Source: Mobula hypostoma (lineage: Eukaryota). From it: a stretch of DNA of 64,000 bases. The position numbers and the translations under genes were made by a program. This document shows positions 25,303 through 41,000 of the stretch, piece after piece; within the stretch, counting starts at the first letter, position 1; the number at the start of each line of letters is the position of its first letter. The stretch spans positions 3,286,001 through 3,350,000 of the forward strand of contig NC_086127.1 in the NCBI RefSeq assembly GCF_963921235.1, written 5' to 3'. A model generated the notes under the pieces. The model did no database searches. It was given only the letters and a program-made list of their open reading frames with translations, and was not told where the DNA came from.

Positions 25303-25670
25303 ACAGGAATTCTGCAGATGCTGGCAATTCAAGCAACACACATAAAAGTTGCTGGTGAACGCAGCAGGCCAGGCAGCATCTCTAGGAAGAGGTGCAGTCG
25401 ACGTTTCAGGCCGATACCCTTCGTCAGGACTAACTGAAGGAAGAGTGAGTAAGGGATTTGAAAGTGGGAGGGGGAGGGGGAGATACAAAATGCTAGGAGA
25501 AGGCAGGAGCGGGAGGGATGGAGCCAAGAGCTGGACAGGTGATTGGCAAAAGGGATATGGGAAGATCATGGGACAGCAGGTCCGGGGAGAAAGACGGGGG
25601 CGGGGGGACCAGAGGATGAGCAAGGGGTATAGTCAGAGGGACAGAGGGAGAAAAAGGAGAGTGAGAGAAA
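25303..25670 (-). mobile_element. Penelope-like element 3' UTR/terminal repeat (second subfamily)
   Basis: TCTGCAGATGCTGG..CAGCAGGCCAGGCAGCATC..GTCGACGTTTC plus a purine-rich tract; inverse of the organisation at 8686-9042. Confidence 0.85.
25396..25431 (-). ncRNA. Minimal type I hammerhead ribozyme motif, apparently intact
   Basis: Minus strand AGTC-CTGACGA-AGGGTATCGGCCT-GAAA-CGTC-GACT: perfect 4-bp stem I, pairable stem II, canonical core and GTC cleavage triplet. Confidence 0.85.
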
Positions 25671-26724
25671 TAACACATACTCCTTGCAGTCTAGATAACA
25701 TCCTCCTGTATCTCTTTTGAAACCTCTGGACGTTGACAATGTTCTTCTCATAACAACATGATCAAAATTATACGCAATACACCAAGTCCGACGCAGCCAA
25801 GAACTTTATTAACAGTATCATAATGTGCGTACTTCCAAATAGATAGAGATCGAGATGGAGAAGGGATGCATGTTTAGATGCAGTTGGAGATAGAGGTAGA
25901 GATAGAGATAGAGATACAGATGGAGATGGAGATGGAGATGGAGATGGAGGTGATAGAGCTAGACATAGAGACGGAGATAGAAATGGAGATAGAAATATGG
26001 AGGCAGAGATAGAGATAGAGATGGCGATAGAGATAGAAATAGAGATATAGATAGAAATAGAGATAGAGCTAGAGACAGAAATAGAGATAAAGTCAGAGAT
26101 AGAGATAGAAGTAGATAAGAAGATGGGATATAAAGAGAGACAAAGATAGAGATAGATATCCAGAAAGAGATAGGAATACAGTTAAAGGTAGAGCTAGAAT
26201 TAGAGATAGAGTTAGCGATTTGGATAGGGATAGACATAGAGACAAAGACAGTGACAGAAGCATAGATAGAGACAAACATAGAGATAGAGATGGAGACAGA
26301 GACAGAGGTGCAGATACAAATAGAGACAGAGACACAGACAGAGAAAATAATAGAAATATAGATAGAGACGCAGATGGAAACAGAGACACAAACAGAGATA
26401 GAGACAGAGATAGAGATAGAGAGAGATAAAGGTAGAAATAGACATAGAGATAGAGATGGATATGGATATAGAGATTGAGATGCGATAGAGATAGAGATAG
26501 AGATAGAGATAGAGATAGAGATAGAGATAGAGGTAGAGATAGAGATAAGAGATAGAGATAGAGACAGAAACGGGGATAGAGATGGAGATAGAGATGGAGA
26601 CGGAAATAGATATGGAGATAGAGATATATATGATGGAGTTAGACAAAGAGACGGAGATAGAGATAGAGATAGAGATGAAGATAGAGATAGAGATGGAGAT
26701 ACAGCTAGAGGTAGAGATAGAGGT

Positions 26725-27044
26725 AGAACATAGAACATATAGAATAATACAGCACAGTACAGGCCCTTCGGCCCACAATGTTTTGCCGACCCTCAAACCC
26801 TGCCTCCCATATAAGCCCCCACCTTAGATTCCTCCATATACCTGTCTAGTAGTCTCTTAAACTTCACTAGTGTATCTGCCTCCACCACTGACTCAGGCAG
26901 TGCATTCCACGCACCAACCACTCTCTGAGTAAAAAACCTTCCTCTCATATCCCCCTTGAACTTCCCACCCCTTACCTTAAAGCCATATCCTCTTCTATTG
27001 AGCAGTGGTGTCCTGGAGAAGAGACGCTGGCTATCCACTCTATC
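26725..27044 (-). mobile_element. CR1 LINE 3' end inserted in the hexamer satellite
   Basis: ORF 26793-27050 DRVDSQRLF..RGRFFTQRVVGAWNALPESVVEADTL..; tail AGAACATAGAACATATAGAA on +. Confidence 0.93.
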
Positions 27045-30000
27045 AGACACAGAACTGGATACGGAGATGCAGACGGATACGGATACGGAGATGGAGACAG
27101 AGATCGAGGTAGAGATAGAGATAAGAGATAGAGATGGAGATGGAGATGAAGATGGAAACTGAGATGGATACGAAGATGGAGATAGAGAAAGAGGTGGAGA
27201 TAGAGTTTAGAGAAAGAGATGGACTTGGCGATGGAGATGGAGATTCAGAACTAGACGGAGATAGAGATAGACTGGAGTCAGAAATATAGATGGAGATAGG
27301 GATGGATATGATAGAGATAGACATAGAGACGGACATAAAGATAGAGATGATAGATATAGACAAAGAGACGTATATAAAGATAGTGAATGAGATAGAGATG
27401 GAGATAGAGATAGAGATGGAGATGGAGACACATACAGCGATAGAAATAGAGACAGGAACAGAAATAGAGATGAAGATAGAGATACATATGATGGAGATAG
27501 CTTAGAGATGGAGATGGAGGTGCACGTGGAGATCGAGATGGAGATGGAGATTGATATAGAGATAGAGATAGAGATATAGATAGAGACTGAGATAGTGATA
27601 GTGATAGTGATAGAGTTAGAGATAGAGATAGAGATAGATATAGATATAAGAGATGGGGATGGAGCTGGAGATGGAGATGGAGTTGGAGACAGAGATGGAG
27701 ATAGGGAAAGAGATAGAGATAGATACAGAGACAGAGATTGTGATGGAGGTGGAGATGGGGGCAAATTAGAGATAGAAATAGAGATAGAGACAAAAATAGA
27801 GAAGGATATAGACATAGAGACTGATAAAGAGATAGAGAATGAGATAGAGATTGAGATAGATAAGGAGATGGAGATGGAGATAAAGACAGAAACTGAAATA
27901 GAGATAAAGACAGATATGGAGATGGAGATAGAGAACGAGATAGACATAGAGATAGAGACAAAGATGGGAACAGAGATAGAGATGGAGATGCAGGCAGATA
28001 AAGAGATAGATATGGAGATGGAGATAGAGACAGGAACAGGAATAGCAAAAGATACAGAGATATAGAACGAGATAGAGATAACATAGAGATGGAGATGGAC
28101 GGGGACATGGAGATGGAGATGGAGATAGAGATGGCGATAGAGACGGGGATGGAGATAGAGACGAAGATGGAGATAGAGATAGAGGTAGAGACACAGATAA
28201 GAGACAGAGATGGAGATGGCGATGGAGATGGAGATGGAAAACCAGATGGAGATAGAGATAGAGACAGATAGAGATACAGAGAATGAGATAGAGGCAGTGA
28301 TAGAGATAGAGATAGAGATAGACATGGAGATGGAGATGCAGGTAGAGAGAGAGACAGAGACTAAAATAGAGATAGAGACAGATATAGAGATGGAGATGGA
28401 GATATACATGTAGAGACGGAGATAGAGATACACATGGAGATTCAGATAGACATAGAGATAGAGATACAGACAAAGATGGGAATGGAGATAGAGTTGGAGA
28501 TGGAGAGAGATACAAAGACAGAGATAAGATAGAGATAGAGACAGGCTCAGAAATACCGATAGATACAGAGATATAGAAGGAGATAGAAATAGATATGATA
28601 CGGAGACATAGAGATACGGTGGAGATTGAGACAGACTTAGAGATAGAGATACAGACCAAGATGGAAATACAGATAGAGAAAGAGATAGAGATAGAGATGA
28701 AGATGTAGACGGAGATGGAGATGGATACAGAGATAGAGATAGATGTAGAGATAGAGATAGAGATAGAAATAGAGGTAGAGATAGAGATAGAGACAAAGGC
28801 AGGGATTGTGATGGAGATGGAGATGGAGTTAAAGGCATAAATAAAGATGGAGACAGATATAGAGTAGGATATAGAAATAGAGACGGATATGGAGATGGAG
28901 AATGAGATAGAGATAGAGATAGAGATAGAGACAGAGATAGAGATAGAGACAGAGACAGAGACTGAAATAGAGATAAAGACAGATATAGAAATGGAGATAG
29001 AGAACGAGATAGACATAGAGATAGTGACAAAGATGGGAACAGAGATCGAGATGGAGATGCGGACCGGTAAAGAGATAGAGTTGGAGATGGAGATATAGAC
29101 AGGGACAGAAGTAGCCATAGGTACAGAGATATGGAAGGAGATGGAGATAGCATGGAGATGGAGATGGAGGGGGACATGGGGATGAAGATGGAGATAAAGA
29201 TAGAAATAAAGGCAGTGGTAGAGATTGAGATAGAAATGAAGATAGAGACGGGGATGGAGATGGATACGAAGATGGAGATAGCGATAGAGGTAGAGATACA
29301 GATAAGAGATAGAAATAGAGATAACGATGGAGTTGGAGATGGAAAACTAGTTGGAGATAGTGATAGAGACATGAATACGGATCGAGATAGAGATAGATAT
29401 GATGGCAATAGAGGTAGAGATAGATATAGAGATAGAGAAGGAGATAGAGATAGTTATAGAGAAAGAGATAGAGATAGAGATAGAGGGAGAGACAGAAACA
29501 GAGAATGAAATAGAAATAGTGACAGATATAGAGAGGAGATAGAGAACGAGACAGAGATAGAGATGGAGATGGAGATTCAGACACACATAGAGATAGAGAT
29601 ACACACAAAGATGGGAATAGGGATAGATTTGGAGATGGAGAGAGATACAAATACAGAGATAAGATAGAGATAGAGACAGGCTCAGAAATAGCGATAGATA
29701 CCGAGATATAGATGGAGATCGAAATAGATATGATAGAGAGACATAGAGATAGCAATGGAGATTGAGACAGTCTTAAAGATAGAGATACAGACAAAGATGG
29801 GAATAGAGATAGAGAAAGACATAGTGATAGAGATGAAGATGGAGACGGACATGGAGATGGATACGAAGATGGAGATAGAGATAGAGGCAGAGATACAGAT
29901 AAGAGATAGAAATGGAGATAACGGTGGAGATGGAGATGGAAAACTAGTTGGAGATGGAGACATACATACGGATCGAGATAGAGATAGATATTTTGGCGAT

Positions 30001-33000
30001 AGACATTGAGACGGATATAGAGATAGAGAAGGAGATAGGCATAGTTATAGAGATAGAGATAGTGATAGAGGTAGAGATAGAGATAGAAATAGAGATGGCG
30101 ATGGAGATGGAGGTACAGATGGAAACAGAGAATGAAATAGAGATAGAGACAGATATAGAGAGGAGATAGAGAACGAGACAGAGAGATGGAGATAGAGTTA
30201 GAAATACAGACAAAGATGGGAATAGGGATAGATTCGGAGATGGAGAGAGATACAAATATAGAGATAAGACAGAGATAGAGACAGGCTCAGAAATAGCGAT
30301 AGATACAGAGATATAGAAGGAGATAGAAGTAGATATGATAGAGAGACATAGAGATAGCGATGGAGAATGAGACAGTCTTAGAGAATAGAGATACAGACAA
30401 AGATGGGAATAGAGATAGAGAAAGATAGAGATAGAGATGAAGATGGAGATGGAGATGGAGATGGATACGGAGGTGGAGATGGAGATAGAGGTAGAGATAG
30501 AGTTAAAGCTAGGGATGGACTTACGATGGAGATGGAAGTTCAGAACTAGACGGAGATAGAGATAAACTGCAGGCAGAACTATAGATGGATATCTGGATAG
30601 ATAATATCGGGATAGACAGAGAGGGACATAAAGATAGAGGTGATAGAGATAGACATGGAGACATAAATAAAGATAGGGAATGTGATGCAGATGGAGATAG
30701 AGATAGAGATAGAGATGGAGATGGGTATACAGATAATGATGGAGATGGAGACAGATACAGCGAAGGAGATGGAGATGGTGATGAGGATAGGGACAGAAAA
30801 AGCATTAGATACAGCGATATAGAAGGTGAAATGGACAGCATAGAGATGGGGATGGAGGGTGATACGGTGATGGAGATGGAGATAGAGATAGAAATAGAGA
30901 CGGCGATAGAGAAAGAGATAGAAATGAAGATAGAGACGGGGATAGAGATAGATACGAAGATGGAGATAGAGATAGAAATAGAGACGGCGATAGAGAAAGA
31001 GATAGAAATGAAGATAGAGACGGGGATAGAGATAGATACGGAGATGGAGAGAGAGATAGAGGTAGAGATACAGATAAGCGATAGAGATGGAGGTGGAGAA
31101 CTAGCTGGAGATAGGGATAGAGACAGAAATATAGATGGAGATACAGATAGATATGATGGAGATAGACATATAGATGGATATAGAGATAGAAAATGAGATA
31201 GAGATAGTGATAGAGATAGAGATAGAGATAGAGTTGGAGATGCAGATGAAGGTAGAGACAGAGACTAAAATAGAGATAGAGGCAGATATAGAGATGGAGA
31301 TAGAACCAGATAGAGATAGAGATGGAATGGAGATATACATGTAGAGATGGAGACTCAGACAGACATAGAGATGGATATACAGACAAAGACGGGAATAGGG
31401 ATAGAGTTGGAGATGGAGACAGATACAATGATAGAGATAAGATAAAGATAGAGACAGGCTCAGAAACAGCGATAGATCAGAGATGGGTATACAGATAATG
31501 ATGGAAATGGAGACAGATACAGCGATAGAGATGGAGATAGAGACAGATACAGAGATAGAGATGGAGATGGTGATGAGGATAGGGACAGAAATGCAATAGA
31601 TACCGAGATATAGAAGCAGACAGAGATAGCATAGAGATGGAGATGGAGGGGGACAGGGCAATGGAGATGGAGGTAGAGATAGAATAGAGACAGCGATAGA
31701 GAAAGAGATAGAAATGACGATAGAGACAGGGATGGAGATAGATACAAAGATGGAGTTAGAGATAGAGGTAGAGATACAGATAAGCGATAGAGATGGAGAT
31801 GGAGATGGAGCACTGGATAGAGATAGGGATAGAGACAGAAATAGAGATGGAAATAGAGATAGAAAAGATGGAGATAGACATATAGATGGATATAGAGATA
31901 GAGACAGATATAGAGATGGAGACAGAACCAGATAGAGATAGAGATGGAGATGGAGATAGAACCAGATAGAGATAGAGATGGAAATGGAGATATACATGTT
32001 GAGATGAAGATAGAGCTGAAGACTCAGACAGACATAGAGATGGATATACAGGGCAAAGATGGGAATAGGGATAGAGTTGGAGATGGAGAGAGATACAATG
32101 ATAGAGATAAAATAAAGGTAGAGACAGGCTCAGAAACAGCGATAGATCAGAGATATAGAAGGAGATAGAAATAGATATGATAGAGAGACCTAGAGATAGC
32201 GATGGAGATTGAGACAGACTTAGAGACAGAGATACATACAAAGATTGGAATACAGATGCAGAAAGAGATAGAGATAGAGATAGAGATGGAGATGAAGATG
32301 GAGACAGAGATAGAGATAGGGATAGAGATAGAGATAGAAACAGAGACAGGGATTTTTATGGAGATTGAGATAGAGATGGAGACAGAGATAGACAGAGATA
32401 GTGATAGAGTTAGCGATGGAAATGAAGATGGCGACGGAGATGATGATAGTGATAGAGGTAGAGATAGAGACAAGTGATAGATATGGAGATGGAAATGGCG
32501 ATGGAGATGGAGATAGAGATAGATATGATGGCATAGACATAGAAATGGATACAGAAATAGGGAATGAGATAGAGTTAGAGATGGATATAGAGATAGAGAT
32601 GGAGATGGATATTGAGATAGAGATGGAGATGGAGATAGAGACAGAGACAGAGACTAAAATAAGGATAGAGACATACTTAGAGATAGAGAAACAGACAAAG
32701 ATGGGAATAGGGATAGAGTTGGAGGTGGAGACAGATACAAAGATAGAGATGGAGATGGAGATACAGGCAGTCTCAGAAATAACTATAGATACGGAGATGG
32801 AGATGGAAATGGTGAACTAGATGGAGGTAGAGATAGAGACAAAAATAGAGATGGACATAGAGATAGATATGATTGAGATATCTATGTCTGAGACGGATAT
32901 AGAGATAGAGAATGAGATAGAGATAGTGATAGAGATAAAGGTACAGATGGAGTTGGAGATGGAGGTAGAGACAGAGACAGAGACTGAAACAGAGATAGAG

Positions 33001-34929
33001 ACAGGTATAGAGATGGAGATAGAGAACGAGATAGAGATAGAGATGGAGATGGAAATATACATATAGAGACGGAGATAGAGAGAGAGATGGAGATACAGAC
33101 AGACATAGAAATAGAGATACAGACAAAGATGGGAATAAATATTGTGTTGGAGATGGAGACAGACACAAAGATAGAGATGGAGTTGGAGATACAGACAGGC
33201 TCAGAAATAGCGATAGATTCGGAGATGGAGATGGAGATAGAGATAGAGATAAAGATGGGAATATAGAGATGGAGATGGAGACCGATAAAGAGAAAAGGAT
33301 GAAGATGGAGATTGAGACAGATAAAGAAATAGCGATAAATACAGAGATATAGAAGGAGATGGAGATAGGCATGATAGAGATAGCATAGAAATGGAGATGG
33401 AGGTGGACGTGGAAATGGAGATTGAGATACAGATTCATATAGAGTTGGAGATAGAGATGAATACAGAGATCGACTTAGAGATGAAGATAAGAGATATAGA
33501 TGGAGCTGGAGACAGATATAGAGTTAGGGATAAAGATAGAGTTAGAGATAGAGACAGAGACAGGAATAGATATGGAGATAAAGATAGAGACAGAAATAGA
33601 CAAAGAAACAGAAATGGAGACGGAGATAGCGATAAATATGATGGACATGAGATAGAGATAGAGATAGAGATAGAGATGGAGATGGAGGTAGAGACAGAGA
33701 CAGAGACTGAAATAGAGATAGAGACAGATATAAAGATGGAGATAGAAAGAAGTAGAGATAGAGACGGAGAAGGAGATACACATGTAGACATGGAGATAAA
33801 GATAGAGATGGAGATTCAAACAGACATAGATATAGAGATACAGACAAAGATGGGAATAGAGATAGAGTTGGAGGTGGAGAGAGATACAAATGTAGAGATA
33901 CGATAGAGATAGAGACAGGCTCAGAAATAGCGATAGGTACAGAGATATAGAAGGAGATAGAAATAGATATGATAGAGAGACAGAGATAGCGATGGAGATT
34001 GAGACAGACTTAGAAATAGAGATACAGACTAAGATGGGAATACAGATAGTGAAAGAGATAGAGATAGAGATGAAGATGTAGGCGGAGATGGAGATGGATA
34101 CGGAGATGGGGATAGAATTAGAGGTAGAGATAGAGATAGAGATAGAAACAGAGATAGAGATAGAGATCGGGAAAAGATTTAGAGATGGAGATGGAGATGG
34201 AGACAGATATGAAGATAAGGTTAGAGACAGAGACAGGGATTATGATGGAGATGGAGATGGCGATGGAGATAGAGTGAGAGACAGAAATAAAGATAGAGAT
34301 AGAAAGAGAGAAAGGTATAGACATAGAGACGGATATAGAGATAGAGAATGAGATAGAGACAGAGATGGAGATGGAGATGGAGAACGACATAGACATAGAG
34401 ATAAAGACAAAGATGGGAACAGAGATAGAGATGCAGATGCGGACAGATAAAGAAATAGAGATGGAGATGGAGATAGAGACAGGAACGGAAATAGCGATAG
34501 ATACAGAGATATACAAGAAGATGGTGGGGGACATGGCGATGGAGATGGAGATAGAGCTGGAGATAGAGATAGAAATAGAGACAGTGGTAGTGTAGAGATA
34601 GAAATGAAGACAGAGACGGGGATGGAGATGGATATGAAGACGGAGAAAGAGATAGAGGTAGAGATATAGATAAGAGATAGAAATGAAGATGACGATGAAG
34701 ATGGAGATGGATATGAAGACGGAGAAAGAGATAGAGGCAGAGATATAGATAAGAGATAGAAATGGAGATGACGATGAAGATGGAGATGGATATGAAGACG
34801 GAGAAAGAGATAGAGGTAGAGATATAGATAAGAGATAGAAATGGAGATGACGATGAAGATGGAGATGGAAAACTAGATGGAGATAGAGATAGAGACATAA
34901 ATACAGATGGAGATAGAGATAGGTATGAT

Positions 34930-35059
34930 NNNNNNNNNNNNNNNNNNNNNNNNNNNNNNNNNNNNNNNNNNNNNNNNNNNNNNNNNNNNNNNNNNNNNNN
35001 NNNNNNNNNNNNNNNNNNNNNNNNNNNNNNNNNNNNNNNNNNNNNNNNNNNNNNNNNNN
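34930..35059. other. Assembly gap (130 N)
   Basis: Run of N. Confidence 0.99.
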
Positions 35060-38000
35060 AGACAGTTATAGAAATGGAGATAGAGATAGAGATGCAGATC
35101 CAGGCAGACATAGAAATAGAGATACAGACAACGATGGGAATAGAGATAGATTTGGAGATGCAGAGAGGTAGAAACATAGAGATATGATAGAGATAGACAG
35201 GCTCAGAAATAGCGATAGATACAGAGATATAGAAGGAGATAGAAATAGATATGATAGACAGACATACAGATAGCGATGGAGATTGAGACAGACTTACAGA
35301 TGGAGATACAAACAACGTTGGGAATAGAGATAGAGATACAGATGAAGATGGAGACGGAGATGGAGATGGATACGGAGATGGAGATAGAGATAGACGTAGA
35401 CATAGAAATAGAAATAGAGATAGAGATAGGGATAGAGATGGAAATGGAGACAGGGATGGAGATAGGGATAGAGACAGAGATCGAGACAGAGACAGGGACC
35501 AAGATGGAGATGGAGATAGAGTTAGAGACAGAAATAAAGATATAGACAGAAATAGAGAAGTATATAGACATAGAGACGCATATAGATATAGAGAATGAGA
35601 TAGGGATAGACATAGAGATGCAGATGGAAATAAACACAGAGATAGAGACTGAAATAGAGATAGAGACAGATATAGAAATGGAGATAGAGATCGAGATAGC
35701 GGTGGAGGTTGAGATGGAGACAGAGATGGAGATAGGGATAGAGATGGAGATAGAGACAGAGACAATTATTATGATGGATGTGGAGGTGGAGATGGAGATA
35801 GAGGTAGAGACAGTAATAAAGATAGAGACAGAAATAGAGAAGGATATAGACATAGAGACAGATATAGAGATAGAGAATGAGATAGAGAGAGATAGATACA
35901 GAGATGGAGATGGAGATGGAGATAGAGACAGAGACAAAGACTTAAATAGAGATAGCGACGATATAGAAATGGAGATAGAGATAGAGGTAGAGATAGAGAT
36001 GGAGATTGAGACAAACATAGAGATAGAGATACAAACAAAGATGGGAATAGAGATAGATTTGGAGATGGAGAGAGATAGAAATATAGAGATAAGATAGAGA
36101 TAGAGACAGGCTCAGAAATAATGATAGATACAGAGATATAGAAGGTGATAGAAATAGATATGATAGAGAGACATAGAGATAGCGATGAGATTGAGACAGA
36201 CTTACAGATAGAGATACAGACAAACATGGGAATAGAGATAGACCAAGCGATAGGGATAGAAATGAAGATGGAGACGGAGAAGAAGAGGAATACGGAGATG
36301 GAGATAGAGATAGAGGTAGAGATAGAGTTAAGAGCTAGAGATGGACTTGGAGATAGAGATTAGGTTCAGAACTAGATGCAGAGAGAAATAGAGAATCAGA
36401 TAGAGATGGTGATAGAGATAGTGATAGAGATGGAGATGCAGATGAAGGTAGAGACAGAGACAGAGACTGAAATAGAGATAGAAACAGATATAGAGATGGA
36501 TATAGAACCAAATAGAGATAGCGATAGAGATGGAGATATACATGTAGAGATGGAGATAGAGATAGAGATGTAGATTCAAACAGACATAGATATAGAGATA
36601 CAGACAACGATGGGAATGCAGATGGAGAAAGAGAAGGAGATAGAGATGAAGATGTAGACGGAGATGGAGATGGATACCGAGATGGAAATAGAAATAGAGA
36701 TAGAGATAGAGATAGAGATAGAGGTAGAGATAGACATAGAGATAAGAGATAGAGATGGAAACAGAGATGGAGATAGGGAAAGAGATAGAGACAGAGACAG
36801 AGAGAATGATTATGATGGAGGTGCAGATGGAGATAGAGTTAGAGACAGAAATAAAGATAGAGACAGAAATAGGGAAGGATATAGACATAGAGACGGATAT
36901 AGAGATAGAGAATGAGATAGAGATAGAGATAAAGATGGAGATGGAGATACGGACAGAGACAGAGACTGAAATAGAGACAGAGACAGATATAGAAATGGAG
37001 ATATAGAACGAGATAGACATACAGATAAAGACAAAGACGGGAACAGAGATAGTAATAGAGATGCAGACTGATAAAGAGATAGAGATGGAAATGGAGATAG
37101 AGACAGGGACAGAAATAGCGATAGATACAGACATATAGAAGGAGATGGAGATGGAGGGGGACATGGCGATGGAGATGGAGAGAGAAATGGAGATATAGAT
37201 AGAAATAGAGACAGCAGTAGAGATAGAGATAGAAATGAAGATAGAGAAGGGGATGGAGTTGGATACAAAAATAGAGAAATCGATAGAGGTAGAGATACAG
37301 ATAAGAGATAGAAATAGACATGACAACGAAGATGGAGATGGAAAACTAGATGAAGATAGAGGTAGAAACAGAAATACAGATGGATATAGATATAGATATG
37401 ATGGATATAGAAATAGAAATAGATATATAGTTAGAGATAGAGATCGAGATAGAGATGGCGATGAAGATGGAGGTGGAGACAGAGACAGAGACTGAAATAG
37501 AGATAGAGACGGATATAGAGATGGAGATAGAGAATGAGATAGAGATAGAGATAGAGATGGAGATTCAAACAGACATAGAGATAGAGATACAGGCAGATAT
37601 GGAATAGAGATAGATTTGCAGTTGGAGAGAGATAGAAATATAGAAATAAGATAGAGATGGAGACAGGCTCCGAAATACTGATAGATGCAGAGATATAGGA
37701 GATAGAAATATATATGATAGAGAGACATAGATATAGCGATGGAGATTGAGACAGACTTAGAGACTGAGATACAGACAAAGATGGGAATAGAGAAAGAGAA
37801 CGAGATATAGAGATGAAGATGAAGACGGAGATGGAGATTAATACGGAGATGGAGACGAAAATAGTGGTAGATATAGAGTTAAGAGCTAGAGATGGACTTG
37901 GCGATGGAGATGGAGATTCAGAACTAGACGGAGATAGAGATAGACTGCAGGCGGAACTATAGATAGAGATCGGGATAGATAATGTAGAAATAGCCATAGA

Positions 38001-41000
38001 GATGGACATAAAGATATGATGATACAGATAGACATGGAGACGTATATAAAGATAAGGAATGAGATAGAGATGGAGATAGAGATAGAGCTGGAGATTGGTA
38101 TACAGATAATGGTGGAGATGGAGACAGGTACAGCGATAGAGATGGAAATGGTGATGAGGATAGGGACAGAAATAGCAATAGATTCAGAGATATAGAAAGA
38201 GATAGAGATAGCATAGAGATGGAAATGGAGGGGGACATGGCGGTGGAGAAGGAGATAGAGATAGAAATAGAGACAGCGATAGAGATCGAGATAGATATGA
38301 AGATAGAGACGGGGATGGAGATAGATACGAATATGGAGAAAGAGATAGAGGTAGAGATACAGATAAGAGATAGAGATGGAGATGGAGATGGAGAAATAGA
38401 TGGAGATAGAGATAGAGACAGAAATAGAGATGGAGATAGAGATAGAGATAGTGATAGAGATAGAGATGGAGATGGAGATGGAGATGGAGATAGACGGAGA
38501 CAGAGGCTGAAATGCAGATAGAAACAGATATAGAGATAGAGATAGAACCAGATAGAGATAAAGATGGAGATGCAGAGAGATACAAAGATAGAGATAAGAT
38601 AGAGATAGTGACAGTCTCAGAGACAGCGATAGATACAGAGATATAGAAGGAGATCGAATTAGATATGATAGAGAGACATAGAGATAGCGATGGAGATTGA
38701 GACAGACTTAGAGAATATGATACAGACAAAGATGGGAATATAGATAGAGAAAGAGATAGAAATAGAGATGAAGATGTAGACGGAGATGGAGATGGATACG
38801 GAGATGGAGATAGAGATAGAGGTAGAAGTAGAGATAGAGATAGAGATAAGAGATAGAGATGGAGATGGGTAGAGAGTTAGTTATGGAGAAGGAGACAGAT
38901 ACAGCGATAGAGATAGAGATGGAGATGGAGGGGGACATGGAGATGGAGATAGAGATGGAAATAAAGACAGCGATAGAGATAGAGACGGGGATGGAGATAG
39001 ATGCGAAGACGGAGATGGAGATAGAGGTAGAGATACAGATGAGTGATAGAGATGCAGATGGCGATGGAGATGGAGATGGAGATTCAGACAGACATAGAGA
39101 TAGAGATACAGACAAAGATGGGAATAGGGATAGAGTTGGAGATAGAGAGAGATATAATGATAGAGATAAGATAAAGGTAGAGACAGGCTCAGAAGTAGCG
39201 ATAGATACAGAGATATAGAAGGAGATAGACATAGATATGATAGAGAGACATAGAGATAGTGATGGAGATTGAGACAGACTTAGAGATAGAGATACAGGCA
39301 AAGATGGGAATAGAGATAGAGAAAGAGAAAGAGATAGAGATGAAGATGAAGATGGAGACGGAGATAGACGTGGATACAGAGATGGAGACAGAAATAGAGG
39401 TAGAGATAGAGATAGGGGTAGAGAAAGAGATAGAGACAGAGACAGAGACTGAAATAAAGATACAGACAGATATAGAAGTGCAGATAGAGAATGAGTTGGA
39501 CATAGAGACTGAGACAAAGATGGGAACAGAGTGAGAGATGGAGATGCAGACAGATAAAGTAATAGAGATGGAGATAGAGATAGAGGCAGGCACAGAAATG
39601 GCGATAGATATAGAGATATATAAGGAGATAGAAATAGATATGATAGAGAGACAGAGATGGAGATGGAGATTGAGACAGACTCAGAGATAGAGATACAGAC
39701 AAAGAAGTGAATACAGATGGAAAAAGAGATGGAGATAGAGATAGAGATAGAGGGAGAGATGGAGATAGAGGTAGAGATAGAGATAAGAAATAGAGATGGA
39801 GATGGAGATGGAGACAGAGATGGAGATAGGGAGAGAGATAGAGATAGACACAGAGACAGGGATTGTTATGGAGATGGAGATGGGGATGGAGATAGAGATG
39901 GAGACAGAGATAGAGATAGGGATAGAGATAGAGACAGAAACAGGGATGGAGTTGGAGATGGAGATGGAGATAGAGTTAGAGACAGAACTAGAGAAGGATA
40001 TAGACATAGCGACGGATATAGAGATAGAGAATGAGATAGAGATAGAGATAGAGATAGAGATGGAGATGGAGATAGAGACAGAGACAGAGACTAATAGAGA
40101 TGGAGACAGATATAGAGATGGAGATAGGGATAGAGATAGCGATGGCGATTGAGATTGAGATAGAGATAGTGATGGTGATAGAAATGAAGATGGAGATGGA
40201 TAGGGAGATGGTGTTAGATATAGAGATGGAGATGAAGATGGAGACGGAGATGCAGATGGATACCGAGATGGAGATAGAGATAGCGATAGAGATAGAGATA
40301 AGTGATAGAGACGGAAATCGAGACAGATATGGAAAAAGGGATAGAGATAGAGACAGAGACAGGGATAGAACTGGAGATAGAGATAGACACAGAAATAGAG
40401 ATAGAAACAGAAATAGACATGACGCTAGAGATAAATATGATGGAGAGAGACACAGAGACGGATATAGAGACAGAGAATGTGATAGAGCTAGAGTTAGAGA
40501 TAGAGATGGAGATGGAGATAGAGATGGAAATAGAGAACGAGATAGAGATAGAGACAGAGATGGAGATGAAGACATAGAGATAGAGATGGTGATAGAGGTG
40601 TGGATGGAGATTGAAGCAGACATAGAGATTGAGATAGTGACGAAGATGGGAATTGAGATAGAGATAGAGATGGAGAGAGAGACAGATACAGAGGTAGAGA
40701 TGGAGATGGAGATTGAGACATGGATAGAAGTAGCGATAGATACAGAGATATAGAAGGAGATAGACATAGATATGATAGGGATAGCATAGACATGGAGATG
40801 GAGTTGGACATTGAGGTGGGGATGGAGATGGAAATGGAGATGGAGATAGAGATGGAGATGGAGATAGAGATGGAGATAGAGGTAGATATAGAGATACTGA
40901 TAGAGTTAGAGATGGAAATGAAGATGGCGACGGAGTGATAGAGATGGAGATAGAGATAAGAGATAGATATAGAGATGGTGATGGAGATGGAGATAGAGAT

